From NCBI RefSeq assembly GCF_006345805.1, contig NC_042998.1, positions 195,982,001 through 196,046,000 on the forward strand: 64,000 nucleotides of DNA. Reading direction: 5' to 3'. The translations under genes and the position numbers were made by a program. The notes under the pieces are model-generated. The model did no database searches, was not told where the DNA came from, and worked only from the letters and a program-made list of their open reading frames with translations. Positions 26,085-38,612 of the stretch are shown piece after piece (position 1 is the stretch's first letter; each line of letters opens with the position of its first letter). This DNA is from Octopus sinensis. Its lineage: Eukaryota.

Positions 26085-26285
26085 GCCATGATAGATCAGT
26101 AGCCACTCCACACATTTTTTTTTCTCCTTGTTTCTCTCCTTGTTTTTTTCTGTGTCCCTTTCTGTAGAAGAGCGTAGGCTCGAAACGTAAAATACTATTG
26201 CTATTCCTGAGCGTTATACAAATACATCTATTTGTTTTCTACACCACCTGTCTTCGTCTTTTGTTTTTTTCGTAAACTCTCCCTA
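25860..26285 (+). mobile_element. Tandem dimer of an about 200-bp element separated by (TA)n, each with a hammerhead-like motif
   Basis: Copy 2 reads cttt-CTGTAGA-A-GAGC-GTAG-GCTC-GAAA-CG-TA-aaa (26158-26192). Copy 1 has a degenerate core (25925-25960). Confidence 0.7.
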
Positions 26286-26439
26286 AATATTTTGCCTTGG
26301 CCAGACATGTTTGCATTGAAGAGTAGAAATGAATAACACCTCTTGCTTGAGGGGAACACAACTGTGATGTGCTGCCAAGAGAAGAAACAGTAAACACACA
26401 CACACACATGACAGGCTTCTTTCAGTTTCTATTTACCAA

Positions 26440-26778
26440 ATCTATTGTAGTTGTGATACCAGTGCCGGTGACACGTAAAAGAACCATCTGAACATGGCCG
26501 TTGCCAGTGCCGCCCCAACTGGCCTCCGTGCCGGTGGTATGTAAAAAGCACCAACCGATTGTGGCCATTGCCAGCTTCGCCTGGCACCTGTGCCGGTGGC
26601 ACGTAAAATGCACCCACTACGCTCACGGAGTGGTTGGCGTTAGGAAGGGTATCCAGCTATAGAAACACTGCCAGATCAGACTGGAACCTGGCACAGCTTC
26701 CTGGCTTCCCAGACCCCGGTTGAACCGTCCAACCCATGCCAGCATGGAAAACGGATGTTAAACGATGAACGATGATGA
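26440..26778 (+). mobile_element. RTE 3'-tail repeat
   Basis: Match to the RTE 3' UTR ending gatgatga. Confidence 0.8.
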
Positions 26779-28145
26779 CTCACAAGGCTTTGTTTGGTCC
26801 AGTGCTGCAGCATAAGACACTTTCCCAAGGGATTGAACCTGAAACCTTACAGCTATGAAATGAACTACTCAACCTCACGGCCATCCCTACACCTACAACA
26901 CACACACACACACACATGCACACACACACGCACTATAATTCTGGACCTATAACCTTAGTCATTAAGTTATTAAGAAGGATTTTTTATCACCCCCACCCCC
27001 AATATATAATTCCAAGAATACACCAACGGCATTGGCACTATGTCCACGCCCCCTTCCCTTCTCAGCCCCACCCCTGCCACCCAATTTAAGTCCTCAAGCA
27101 GCCATCTTAGAACTCGTTAGTTCTGCTAGTTGAGAATGAAGATTCCTTCTTTCTCTCAGGGTCTTTTTTTAGGGCTTAAATTATCTTGTCTTTTCTTATT
27201 ATTTCCTTAGAACTGATTGCTCCCTGACATGAAACTTAATTGCCGCTTTTGACATTTTCACCATCTTTTCATTTTCGGTCATTTGTGTCTTAAAAAAATA
27301 CATGGCTATTGGAAGAATTCCAAGCTAAAAAAGTAAAGAACTTCAATCAACATAAAACTATAAAAACAAAGAAAGAAGTATAATGAACAATACTACAGTC
27401 ATTTTGTTAAGTTCAAATTACTAGTTAAACTTAATAGTAACTTTATGTTTGAAAAGTAGAAAATTATGTACATTTAACCATAAAAACTCTATTGTCCTTG
27501 ACACAGGAGAAATATTTGTAAAGAAGGCTGAGTGTTTTGGAAGTATAGTTTTGCCAGATCAGGAAATATGGCATAACAACCCGGTTCGATAAACCTTAAG
27601 ACCCCCCTGGAAAATAACCATAGCGAGGTTCATTCCACAGTTGAATTGGAACAGTCAAAAAGAGTGATAGGTGTGAAGAAGACAAAGATTAAGTGACCGA
27701 AAGCAAATGACGAAGTCAGTCAGTCACCGGCTGACACTTGTTGACACTACACCAAAGAGGCCAGGGAACAGAAGAAAGAAGAAATGCACCCAACACCAGA
27801 GCTGAAGACACCTCTGAAAGGAGGGGGCTCCGCCACGTCAAAACGGTAGAGTAGGGGCCGAAACCGGACGTGGTTCCTCCTGATGATGTCTTGAGCTAAC
27901 TGGATCCTATAAAGGAGCTGTTGTGGTAGCAGACCACGAAACACGGTTGAAACTCCATAGGTGTAAGAGTAGCTGTGTGGTACGAAGCTTGCTTTCCAAC
28001 CACATGGTTCTGGGTTCAGTCCCACTGTTGTCCTTGACACAGGAGAAATATTTGTAAAGCAGGCACAGTGTTTTGGAAGTATAGTTTTGCCAGATCAGGA
28101 AATATGGAATACATACAATAATAAACGTTTGATTTTTATCAATAG

Positions 28146-28460
28146 GTGCAGGAGTGGCTGTGTGGTAAGAAGCTTGCTTTCCAACCACATGGTTCTGGGT
28201 TCAGTCCTACTGTTGGCACCTTGGGTAAATTCCTTCTACTACAGACTTGGGTTGACCAAAGTCTATGAGTGGACTAGGTAGACGGAAACTGTAAGAAGCC
28301 TGTCAGATATACTTATGTATCTGTGTGTGTCTTTGTGTCTGTGTTTGTTTTCCACCACCCCTTAGCAACCGGTGTTAGAGTGTTTATGTCCCCATAACAT
28401 AGTGGGTCAACAAAGAAGACCAATAGAATAAGCACCATCCTTTTGAAGTACCAGGGTCAA
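28146..28460 (+). mobile_element. SINE family 1, decayed
   Basis: Consensus match with CpG-to-TpG changes. Confidence 0.8.
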
Positions 28461-28928
28461 TTTGTTCAATGGATGCCTTTTATGTAGAATCCATGGTGGC
28501 ACCATGGAAAAAGCACCCATTATACTTTGTAAAGTGGTTGGCATTAGGGGGGGGCTCCAAAAGGGGTCTCAGGGAGTAGTGTCCCTGCCTTCCAGAACTA
28601 GTTTTCCACCACATTTCTTAAAAATCGTGGTAGAGGCCTTGGTCTTAGGACCACTCATGTCTAGAAACTGAGGTTGGGAGGTAAGCAAGGGTATGCTTCC
28701 TGTAGAAAATCCAGCTCCAAAAAAGCCTCATAATAGCAAAGGAGAATGGGCACCAGCCATCCCAAAGGTAGGGGTGGGCTGCACCTGCCTACATCAAAAA
28801 GGAAGATGCAAACAGGATGCCTAAAACCAGGCATGATGGCGACATGGTGTGTGGGCAGTTGCCATGGCATTGAGGTAGATCTGACCCCACCACCCCATTA
28901 ATGGGGACAAAACACTGGATTGAAAACA

Positions 28929-28983
<55 letters not shown>

Positions 28984-29186
28984 GTGGTGGTGATGGTGAT
29001 GGTGATGATAATGATGGTGATGATGATGGTGATGATGATGATGATGATGAGATGAATATGATGACAAAGAAGGTTGCTAATGAGAGTATGAGAATGTAAA
29101 TAAAATTGCCAAAATAACAGGAAAAATAAGAAAATTGTATTTCTCACTTGCCAAAATTGTATTTCTACAGATTTGATTATTTAAAT

Positions 29187-29321
29187 ATGTCCAAGATATT
29201 TTTGCTAATGACTGCCTCATTATTCTGCATTCTTTTATTTTCCGCAATAAATGCTCTGCCTACTTTCACAAATGTTTTAGATGTATATATTCCTATTCCA
29301 AATTATTGCCAAAATATATAA
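29187..29321 (+). CDS. Candidate 44-aa small ORF or first coding exon with signal-peptide-like N-terminus
   Basis: MSKIFLLMTASLFCILLFSAINA-LPTFTNVLDVYIPIPNYCQNI*. There is an acceptor tttctacag| at 29170, A at -3, and a possible donor GAT|GTATAT. Confidence 0.2.
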   Translation: MSKIFLLMTASLFCILLFSAINALPTFTNVLDVYIPIPNYCQNI

Positions 29322-29564
29322 GGTGGTGAGCTGGCAGAATCATTAGCACACTGAATGAAATGTTTAGTAGTATTTCACCCATCGCTATGTTCTGAGTTCA
29401 AATTCTGCTGAGGTTGACTTCACCTTTCATCTTTCCAGGGCTGATAAAATAAGTACCAGTTGAACACTGGGGTCAATGTATTCGCCTCGACCCCTCCCCC
29501 CAAAACATCAGGCCTTGTGCCTGTTTTAGAAAGGAAAATTACCAAAATATATGCATATATATAG

Positions 29565-29965
29565 GTGTAGGAGTGGCCTATATATATGCATATGGTTCCG
29601 GGTTCAGTCCCACTGCGTGGCACCTTGGGCAAGTGTCTTTTACTATAGCCTCGGGCCGACCAAAGCCTTGTGAGTGGATTTGGTAAACAGAAACTGAAAG
29701 AAGCCCGTCATATATATGTATATATGTATGTATGTATGTGTGTGTGTATATGTTTGTGCATCTGTGTTTGTCCCACAACATCGCTTGATAACCAATGCTG
29801 GTGTGTTTGCGTCCCCATAACTTAGTGGATTGGCAAAAGAGACCGATAGAATAAGTACTAGGCTTACAAAGTATAAGTCCTGCGGTCGATTTCTTCGACT
29901 AAAGGTGGTGCTCCAGCATGGCCGCAGTCAAATGACTGAAACAAGTAAAAGAGTAAAAGAGTAAA
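29565..29965 (+). mobile_element. SINE family 1 copy
   Basis: Consensus match. Confidence 0.85.
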
Positions 29966-30361
29966 GAGAGTATATACACATGGGTTTATGATCTTACAAA
30001 GGGGTTACATAAAGGTTTTCCAAGGTTTTCAAGGGGCAGCAAGTCTAGTTTGTGTGAAAGTGTATTTGCAACATTTTTGACCCATTCCATGCAAAAGCTA
30101 CAAATGTGCAGACATTGTGGAAGCACCAACACACCTTCGTCTTCTGAATTTTCAATCAGTAATTATCTGTAATTTCAAATGATTGTTTTTTTTGTTCTGC
30201 CTCAAAAACGAAATACGTGTGTGCAGTGAAATTAAGAAATAGGTTAAAATTGAATACACGATATCTCTCAGCAAGTTGAATATAAAAAGGCAGAAGCAGA
30301 ATACATGAAAGGAATAACTATAGCAGCATCCATACAGCATTATTGATGACACAGAGTATGG

Positions 30362-30411
<50 letters not shown>

Positions 30412-30452
30412 ATATAATATAATATATATATATATATATATGATATATATAT

Positions 30453-30542
<90 letters not shown>

Positions 30543-30557
30543 TATTATATATATATA

Positions 30558-30599
<42 letters not shown>

Positions 30600-30639
30600 T
30601 ATATATATATAATAATATATATATATTGATTAGATTTAC

Positions 30640-30821
30640 CAGCAGGAGTGGCTGTGTGGTAAGTAGCTTGCTAACCAGCCACATGGTTCCGGGTTCAGTC
30701 CCAGTGTGTGGCATCTGGGGCAAGTGTTTCTGCTGTAGCCCCGGCTGACCAATGCCTTGTGAGTGGATTTGGTAGACGGAAACTGAAAGAAGCCTGTCGA
30801 TATATGTATATATATATATGA

Positions 30822-30856
<35 letters not shown>

Positions 30857-31078
30857 ATGTGTTTTGTGTGTCTGTGTTTGTCTCCCTAGCATTGCTTGAC
30901 AACTGATAAACTGGTGTGTTTACGTACCCGTCACTTAGCGGTTCGGCAAAAGAGACCGATAGAATAAGTACTGGGCTTACAAAAAAAAATAAGTCCCGGG
31001 GTGATTTGCTCAACTAAAGGCGGTGCTCCAGCATGGCCGCAGTCAAATGACTGATGAAACAAGTAAAAGAGTAAAAGA

Positions 31079-31080
<2 letters not shown>
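30640..31080 (+). mobile_element. SINE family 1 copy
   Basis: Consensus match, flanked by gattagatttacca on both sides (TSD-like). Confidence 0.85.
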
Positions 31081-31114
<34 letters not shown>

Positions 31115-31356
31115 ATTAGATTTACCAATGAGGAAAAAAAAAGAGAAAATACATTTGATAATCGGAATTTATTTTCATAAAAACATCAGTTGAGTATTAT
31201 GAGATGAGGAAGAGAGCAGAATGAACTTTCAAATACAAAAAATAAACAAAACGACTCCAGCCTGTTTCAAATAATTTAAAGCTTGTTTTGAATAATTTAG
31301 AAAGTAAATCATATGAAGTGAAACAACTTCAACAGCTTAAAATGGCTAAGTGCTAC

Positions 31357-31389
<33 letters not shown>

Positions 31390-31392
<3 letters not shown>

Positions 31393-31610
31393 AGTTAGTT
31401 AGTTAGTTAAGTTAGTTAATTTTTGGCTCAAAAAGTAAAAAGTAAGGCCATGTAGGGGGACATGGAGTTATGTACAGGGTGGTGTTCATGTAAAGAGTTC
31501 AGGCCACTTGTGGTCAAGGGAGACTTTGAACCGAGCAGTCGTCAGCATCTTCACCATCTCGTCCGGCAGCTTATTCCATGGATCCGCAAACTGGACGGAG
31601 AAAGTCCCTC
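31390..31610 (-). mobile_element. CR1 LINE 3' end, second copy
   Basis: FSVQFADPWNKLPDEMVK..KWPELF plus a (TAAC)n tail; matches 22900-23100. Confidence 0.85.
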
Positions 31611-31889
31611 TCCACGAACGGATGGTGCTTTTACGTGCCACCGGCACGAGGCCAGGCGAGGCTGACAACGGACACGAACGGATGGTGCTTTTACATGCCA
31701 CCGGCACGGAGGCCAGTCGGGGTGGCACTGGCAACGGCTACGATCGGCTGGTTCGCTTAACCACAGCTGCAATTTCCATTGATGTCGATCGACTTCGATT
31801 TTGGTTCTGCTTTCTGATATCTGATTTGGTTTGATTTTGATTTTGAGACATGCAGGAAGTAAATAGACACCTTTAATTTTCAAAATCTT

Positions 31890-32256
31890 TTATTTGATAT
31901 TAATTGGTTGAAGGAGAGGTTTTCTTCTAGCTGCTTGTCCATAATACCCAAACTTATGCAGATATGTAACACACGTTCTTGGACTAACTTCTAGCTGTTT
32001 TGCAATGTCAGAAGCCTTTGAATGGGGGTTCATTTTCCACAATTCTCTTCAAACAGCAAAGTTTCCTTTCTGAGGGCTAAGGTTGACCGGGACAAGAATC
32101 TGTTGATTCTTTTCCTTGGCTTTTGAATTGCACTATAATTCTATTAATAGTAAGCAAGAGGAATTTTCGGCAATTTTTTGCTGGCCAAGACCAGCCTCAA
32201 ATTGCCCAACAATACAACCTCTTTGAAAATCTGACAGTTCAGCTGAATTTTTTGTG
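31890..32256 (-). pseudogene. Tc1 transposase N-terminal fragment
   Basis: MPRTKNSAELSDFQRGCIVGQFEAG..IAKQLEVSPRT..YLHKLGYYGQAARRKPLL, with frameshifts and stops. Confidence 0.85.
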
Positions 32257-32274
32257 CGTGGCATGGTTACTCTC

Positions 32275-32675
32275 TCTCTTTTACTCTTTTACTTGTTTCA
32301 GTCATTTGACTGCGGCCATGCTGGAGCACCGCCTTTTAGTCAAGCAAATCGACCCCAGGACTTATTCTTTGTAAGCCCAGTACTTATTCTATCGGTCTCT
32401 TTTGCCGAACCGCTAAGTGACAGGGACATAAACACACCAGCATCGGTTGTCAAGCAATACAAGGGGAACAAACACAGACACACAAACACACACAAACACA
32501 TATATACATATATACGACGGGCTTCTTTCAGTTTCCGTCTACCAAATCCACTCACAAGGCTTTGGTTGGCCCGAGGCTATAGTAGAAGACACTTGCCCAA
32601 GGTGCCATGCAGTGGGACTGAACCCGGAACCATGTGGTTGGTTAGCAAGCTACTTACCACACAGCCACTCCTGCG
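32275..32675 (-). mobile_element. SINE family 1 copy
   Basis: Reverse-complement consensus match. Confidence 0.9.
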
Positions 32676-34013
32676 CCTCTTCACAAATGTTCAATAAAAT
32701 AGCACCCAGAATAAAAAAGAATAATTACATTGTAAATCCTACACTACTGACCGTGAGAAGAGTGCTGTTGAAGTGTTAAGTGAAATTTGACAATCGAGGA
32801 TCGAATCCACGCTATGTCTGCATGAAGCCACTATGAATATGTTGCGGAATAAAAAATTTATCTACCGTGATGGAAAAAGTGTAACTGTAACAATGCAGAA
32901 TTATCGGAGTAATGTGCATTCAAAAAGGTGTGGATGTATAGAAATGTATGAATGAAATCTTTAAGGTTTAAGATTCAAATTAAGGAAGTGCAATCATAAT
33001 GTTTAGCAGTTCAAAACTGTGAGTTGTGAAATGCAAAATTAGGTCGGCTGATCGGGAGAACCAAATATTGATCACTTCGCTAAAAACCGCAGGTGGTATG
33101 GGTTATTTCCCTTGGGTTGTTTGAATAAAATATTAGTAATATGTAGTAGATGAAGGATCCATTGGAGGAGCACTATTATCGATTTTTTTTTCAACAATCA
33201 AAGTATGTTATGAGGTTTGCTGGCATGAGATTCTACTCACATGTCAAATAAAGTGATAATGTCTGCAAAAATTAGAAATTGGACACACAAAAAATCAATA
33301 TTCAAAGTAATCAAACGTAAACAATGAAATGAGTTATTTCCCTTGAGTGTTTAAAAAAATATTGAAATATTGTACAGGTTTAATGGGTTATTTCCCTTGA
33401 ATGTTTAAAAAAAATAGTTATATAAGGTAGATATAATGGTCCCTTCTAGGGGCTGTATTATCGCTTTTTTTCAACAATCTAAGTATGTCACGCGGTTTCC
33501 AGTCATGAGTTCTACTCACAAGCAAGTTTCATTAAAATCAATAAAACGATGTAGGAGGAGTTAGCTAACAACGCCACAAACAAACACACACAGATTCTCC
33601 ACATACGTCAGTATGTTTCTGTCCATCAAATTCCTTCATAAGGCTTTGCTCAGCTTGTGGCTATAGCAGGAGACATTTGTCCAAGGTGCCACGCAGTGGG
33701 ATTGAACCCAGAACCATGTGGTTGGGAAGCAAGCTTCTTACCACATAGCCACTCCTACGCCTATATATATATATTCATGATAATCTATATAGTTGTTGAA
33801 ATAGTTTGTTCTGCCTCTAAGCGTCTTAGCAACACAGATCGATAACACACTGTAAATCAATCCCATCAGATACAACTGATCAATACTTGTTGTTTGAGAA
33901 AAATATAGGTTTTTTGCAACTGGAAAATAAAAAGTGATCCATTCAGCTGATTTCAACATACTTTACTTTTTGTAAAAATCCTATTAAGAACTGGAACTGA
34001 ATTTTAGTACAAA

Positions 34014-34413
34014 CTAGCAGTATCGCCCGGCGTTGCTCGGGTTTGTAAGGGAAATAACTATATAAGCATTTTTAGAGAGTTATAGCCAAAGAATAGCAAA
34101 AAAATGCATTCAAAATGGGAAAAAAATGATGGTAAATTTTTTTTTTAAATCATTGACTCATCGTAGACATTTTTAGAGAGTTACTTCCCTTATATAATAG
34201 CGAAAAAAATGCATTAAAATGGAAAAAAATGATGGTAAATTATTTTTAAAATCGTAGATTCATCGTAGACGTACGCTAATACCCAGAAGGGCTCGATATG
34301 AATCACGACTATAAGATACCCGGTTTTGGTTAAACTGCACCGCAAAATGTGGGAGTAGTTAGGAATCTAAATCGTAGGAGACAGACACACAACTTGACTT
34401 TTATATATAAAGA
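34014..34413 (-). mobile_element. Non-autonomous Helitron family A
   Basis: A|TC..hairpin..CTAG|T; homologous to 9837-10141. Confidence 0.85.
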
Positions 34414-34891
34414 TTTGTTCAACAGGCAAAGAATTAATGTGCCAAATGTGATTTTGATTTCTTGCTGCGTCAGTGTAGGGTTGGGCAGGGGTCATGTAAA
34501 AGTCACCATTCAAGTGTGGTTGATGCCGGTACCACCTGACTGGCCCCTTATGCCAGTGGCATGTAAAAAGCACCCACTACACTCTTGGAGTGGTTGGCAT
34601 TAGGAAGGGCATCCAGTTGTAGAAAGCTTGCCAGATCAAGATTGGAGCCTGGTACGGCCTCCTGGCTTGCAAACCTTCAGTCAAACTGTCCAATCTATGC
34701 CAGCATGGAAAACAGACGTTAAACGATGATGATGATGATGATGATGATGATGCAGTGACCTGGCAGAATCATTAGCATGAACTGCTAAGTTACAGGGATA
34801 TAAACACACCAACACCAGTTGTCAAGTGATGGCGAGGGAACAAACACAGACACACAAACATATACACACACATACATATATACATACATGC

Positions 34892-34923
<32 letters not shown>

Positions 34924-34934
34924 ATGTATGTATG

Positions 34935-34972
<38 letters not shown>

Positions 34973-35585
34973 TATATACATATATATATGACAGGCTTAT
35001 TTCAGTTTCCATCTCCCAAATCCTCTCACAAGGCCTTGGCCAGCCTGAGGCTATAGTAGAAGGCAATTACCCAAGGCACCCACAGCGGGACTGAACCAAG
35101 AACCATGTGGTTGGGAAACAATCTTCTTACTACTACACAGCCACACCCACACCTGTATACCTGTGCTAGATTGTCAGCAGACTACTTGTTTCACCTGCAT
35201 TCATATTACCACCTGATGCTCATTAATCTTACTACAAACATTACGGTACCCCCACCATTAGAGTACCCACAAATTACAGTCTACCCCTATTAATGTCAAT
35301 TATAATGTAATGGCATCCGTTAATGAATTTGTAATGTTATGACAGTTGTTATTCTAATTCACAATATTTATTATAATCTACAGACTGGGGATAACTGGTT
35401 CTAGTTCACTTTTCTCATTGAATATAACGATGGGATGTGATAATACAATTTAGAAGTGTTAATTGTTGCACTTTGCTGACGAATCAGGGTTTCTAATCAG
35501 CAGGAAAAAAAACTGTTTATATTTAGACTATGACATCTATGCATGCATACACAGTTACCTATCTACCTACATACATACATAACAT

Positions 35586-36545
35586 CATAAGACTTGGAAG
35601 GCAGCTCTTTGAGCAACACTCTTTGTCTGATAACCTAGAATACATGCCCAAAGCAGTCACAAGACTCTACTGCAACGTATCATCAGATAAAAGGATGAAC
35701 CTATACGAACAGAAGACTATGCATGGATAAGGTAGTAGAAAGTTCCGTGTTGATAGTAACATCGACCATCAAAGCAGTTTATCATGGACGAATAACAGGA
35801 TTTGAAGGGTATGCATCTGCAATCCAGGAACAGGAAATATCAACCAAGTACCTGAAACACAAAAGGGACAGAGATGCAGGGAAAGCTGTAAAGTGGAGTT
35901 CACACAGAAGATATCAGCCACATCATAAGCAGTTGTCTGAAAATATCATCGCAGTATTATCTACCGATGTTGTAGCTAGGACATTCTATAATGAAATCCG
36001 TCGGAAGGATAACACTCAGGACAAAGAAATAAGAATCCACAATATGGTAGAAACCATAGCCACTCATAATAAAAAGGGATACTGGTGGAGTGTCCCAGTG
36101 AAGACCTCAATAAAATGTAAGCACAACAGACCTGATATAATGATTTGGGATGGAAAAGAGAAACTGTGCACAGTTGTGGAAATTTGCTGCCCAGCGGATG
36201 TTAACATAAAGCTGAAGATCAGTGAAAAAGAGAATACCTATGCCGAACTATTGAGAAATCTGCAGTTTCTCTATCCAGATTACAAGTTCAGGTTCATACC
36301 TGTAATTATCGGGACCCTGGAATATGTAACACACTGCCTAGATACCAACCTTGAGAAATTAGGCTTCTCAAAACCAGAAAGGAGAAAGCTAATTTGAAGT
36401 CTACAAATCCAAGCCATCACTGGAACTGTAAAAATCTGTAAAACTTTTCAGAAGTTTATCATTTAAATATATATGAGTATATCTAGATATGCAACTATAT
36501 GCATGAGAAGACATACATAAAACAAAACATACAAATCTGCACATA
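35586..36545 (+). mobile_element. R4/Dong-type LINE, deleted and frameshifted 3' portion in (TACA)n
   Basis: ORF 35723..36397 contains AIQEQEISTKYL, HNRPDIMIWD..EICCPADVN (REL) and FIPVIIGTL. Both flanks are TACA/CA repeats. Confidence 0.9.
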
Positions 36546-36547
36546 CA

Positions 36548-36578
<31 letters not shown>

Positions 36579-36713
36579 CCATCCATCCATCCATCCATCC
36601 ATCCATCCATCCATCCATCCATCCATCCATCCATCCATCCATCTATACTTACATACACACATAGATATATACACACATACATATATATACACACATACAT
36701 ACATACAAACACA

Positions 36714-37030
36714 GTATTTTTCAATGTTATTATTATTATTATTATTATTATTTTTATTTTTATTATTCATGTCACTACCTGGAATTGAACTCAGAATCTT
36801 GGGGTTAGTAGCCTGCGCTCTTAACCACTAAGCCATATGCCTGTGAGCATAATAATAATAATAGTAACATAGAAAAATACCTTAGGAATGAGAACCCAGG
36901 TTCAAAATTTCCCCAAGACACCTGATGAAGGCTGGAGGGTATATCAGCCGAAATGTTGAAACAAGATGAGGACAAATATCTGTCAAATGTAAATAATGGA
37001 AATAATTCCTCATCTCTTAAATATAGAACT
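36714..37030. mobile_element. tRNA-headed element with hammerhead motif in inverted arrangement
   Basis: Minus: tRNA-like head 36770-36848 (TGGCTTAGTGG; GAGTTCAATTCC), then (AAT)n and AACATTGAAAAATAC. Plus: (AAT)n, AACATAGAAAAATAC, then gacac-CTGATGA-A-GGCTG-loop-CAGCC-GAAA-TGTT (36917-36957). Confidence 0.65.
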
Positions 37031-37884
37031 GAAAAGTTTTGTACCAGTTAACCACTGGGGTTGATGTTGTAGCGGTCGCTAGATAGTTGAATGATCTCCC
37101 TTGCAAAAAAGATCATAGAGTAACTTCCCTTTTCTAAGTTTCTCAAAGCATCTGTGTCATGAGACGTAATTCTTAATTATTCAAGAAGCTTAGCATTTCT
37201 CTTGGGAGTTTCTAAAATGTCTAGCGTTCCATTAATAAAAACAAATTTGCTAACCCTGCTCTTCGCTTCTTATTCGATTAGACTTAGAGCCATTCATGTC
37301 ATTGCTATGTCCATCTATTTCTCTATGCCACATGACTGAAAATCACCACTTAGCTGTTATTTCTATATTTTCTATCTCTGAACTTTCTTGCATAGATTAC
37401 TTCATTCAACTAGATTCTACACATTGATTCTATGTATCATCATCGACCAGTAAATGAAATATATTTGTATGTAGTAAATATATACCCCAAGTTGACTAAA
37501 TAATAAAAATGATTTCAAATTTTGTCACAAGGCCAGCAATTTCAGGGTGAGGGCCTTAGTTAATCACATTAATCCCAGTGTTCAACTGGTACTTATTTTA
37601 TTGACCCTGGAAGGATTTGAACTCAGAACATATATTTTGGAAGAAATACCACTAAGCAGTTAATTCAGCATGCTAACGATTCTGCCAGCTTGTTGCCTTA
37701 TGCTGAGTAAATAATAATAACAAGAAGTGAAATATAACCTGTGTGTGTGTTGTTTATTGGCAAAATGACCCACCCAAGGTACAACAACATCTATTTCAAT
37801 GTACTTTTATGCATCAAGAATCTAGCCAAATAAATAAAAGGAGACTAAAATAACTTGATCTTAAATTTTTACATTTCTTTACAG

Positions 37885-38015
37885 GAAGATGCCCCATGAT
37901 GTGTAGTTTTCATGATAAGTCTTCTGTCTGATAAGGGTCCTTTGTGATTTTGTGGGTGATTAAGCTGCTGGTTTTAGCAAGCAGAGCAACCACAGAAAGA
38001 CTTCATCTTTGGCTG
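37885..38015 (+). other. Candidate non-coding exon (131 nt)
   Basis: Strong acceptor ttttacatttctttacag| and donor CTG|GTAAGT; stops in all three frames. Confidence 0.3.
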
Positions 38016-38390
38016 GTAAGTACCAGTTATATACTGTTGCTTATTCAATAAATTCTTTTACTCTTTTACTTTACTTTTCATTTGGTTGGGGCCATACTAG
38101 AGCACCACCTTTTTTTTGTTGAAGAAATTAACTCCTGGACTTATTCTTTGTGAGTCGGGTACTTATTACATCAGTCTTTTCTGCTGAATTGTTAAGTTAC
38201 AGGGACATAAACACACCAACATCGGTTGTCAAGCAATGGCTGGTGGGGGAGGGGGACAAACACAGACACAAAGACACACACATAGATATTACCTGTAAAT
38301 ATAAATTACTTTATTTCATGCTGACTACCTGATAAAAATCATTAATGTGATTTTATCCTTCTATTCCATTATCCCACTATATTTCCACAT

Positions 38391-38536
38391 GAGGAAAAGA
38401 AAGATGGACAATGGTCATGTGTGAGCAACAAGAGAGAGAAAAAGAGAAAGAGGTGAAGAGGAGAAAAGGGGACCTCTTTCTCTTTTTTCTCTCCTTCGTT
38501 GCTCACACGTGACCATCGTCCATCTTTCTTTTCCTT
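38391..38536. repeat. Imperfect foldback (about 64-bp arms)
   Basis: ggaaaagaaagatggacaatggtcatgtgtgagcaac is inverted with gttgctcacacgtgaccatcgtccatctttcttttcc. Confidence 0.85.
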
Positions 38537-38612
38537 CAGGACGTCCTAAGGACTGGACCTCTCCTATTTCTCTCTTCTATCTTTTCTCTTTACCCAGAGA
38601 AAACATGTGGAA

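Noticed and set aside
27800-27960. Two possible hammerheads
   Set aside because: The core strands are present, but stems I-III cannot be assembled canonically. It is kept only as part of the duplication finding.
36770-36848. Functional tRNA gene
   Set aside because: The acceptor stem is not complete, and it is embedded in a repeat as a SINE-type head.
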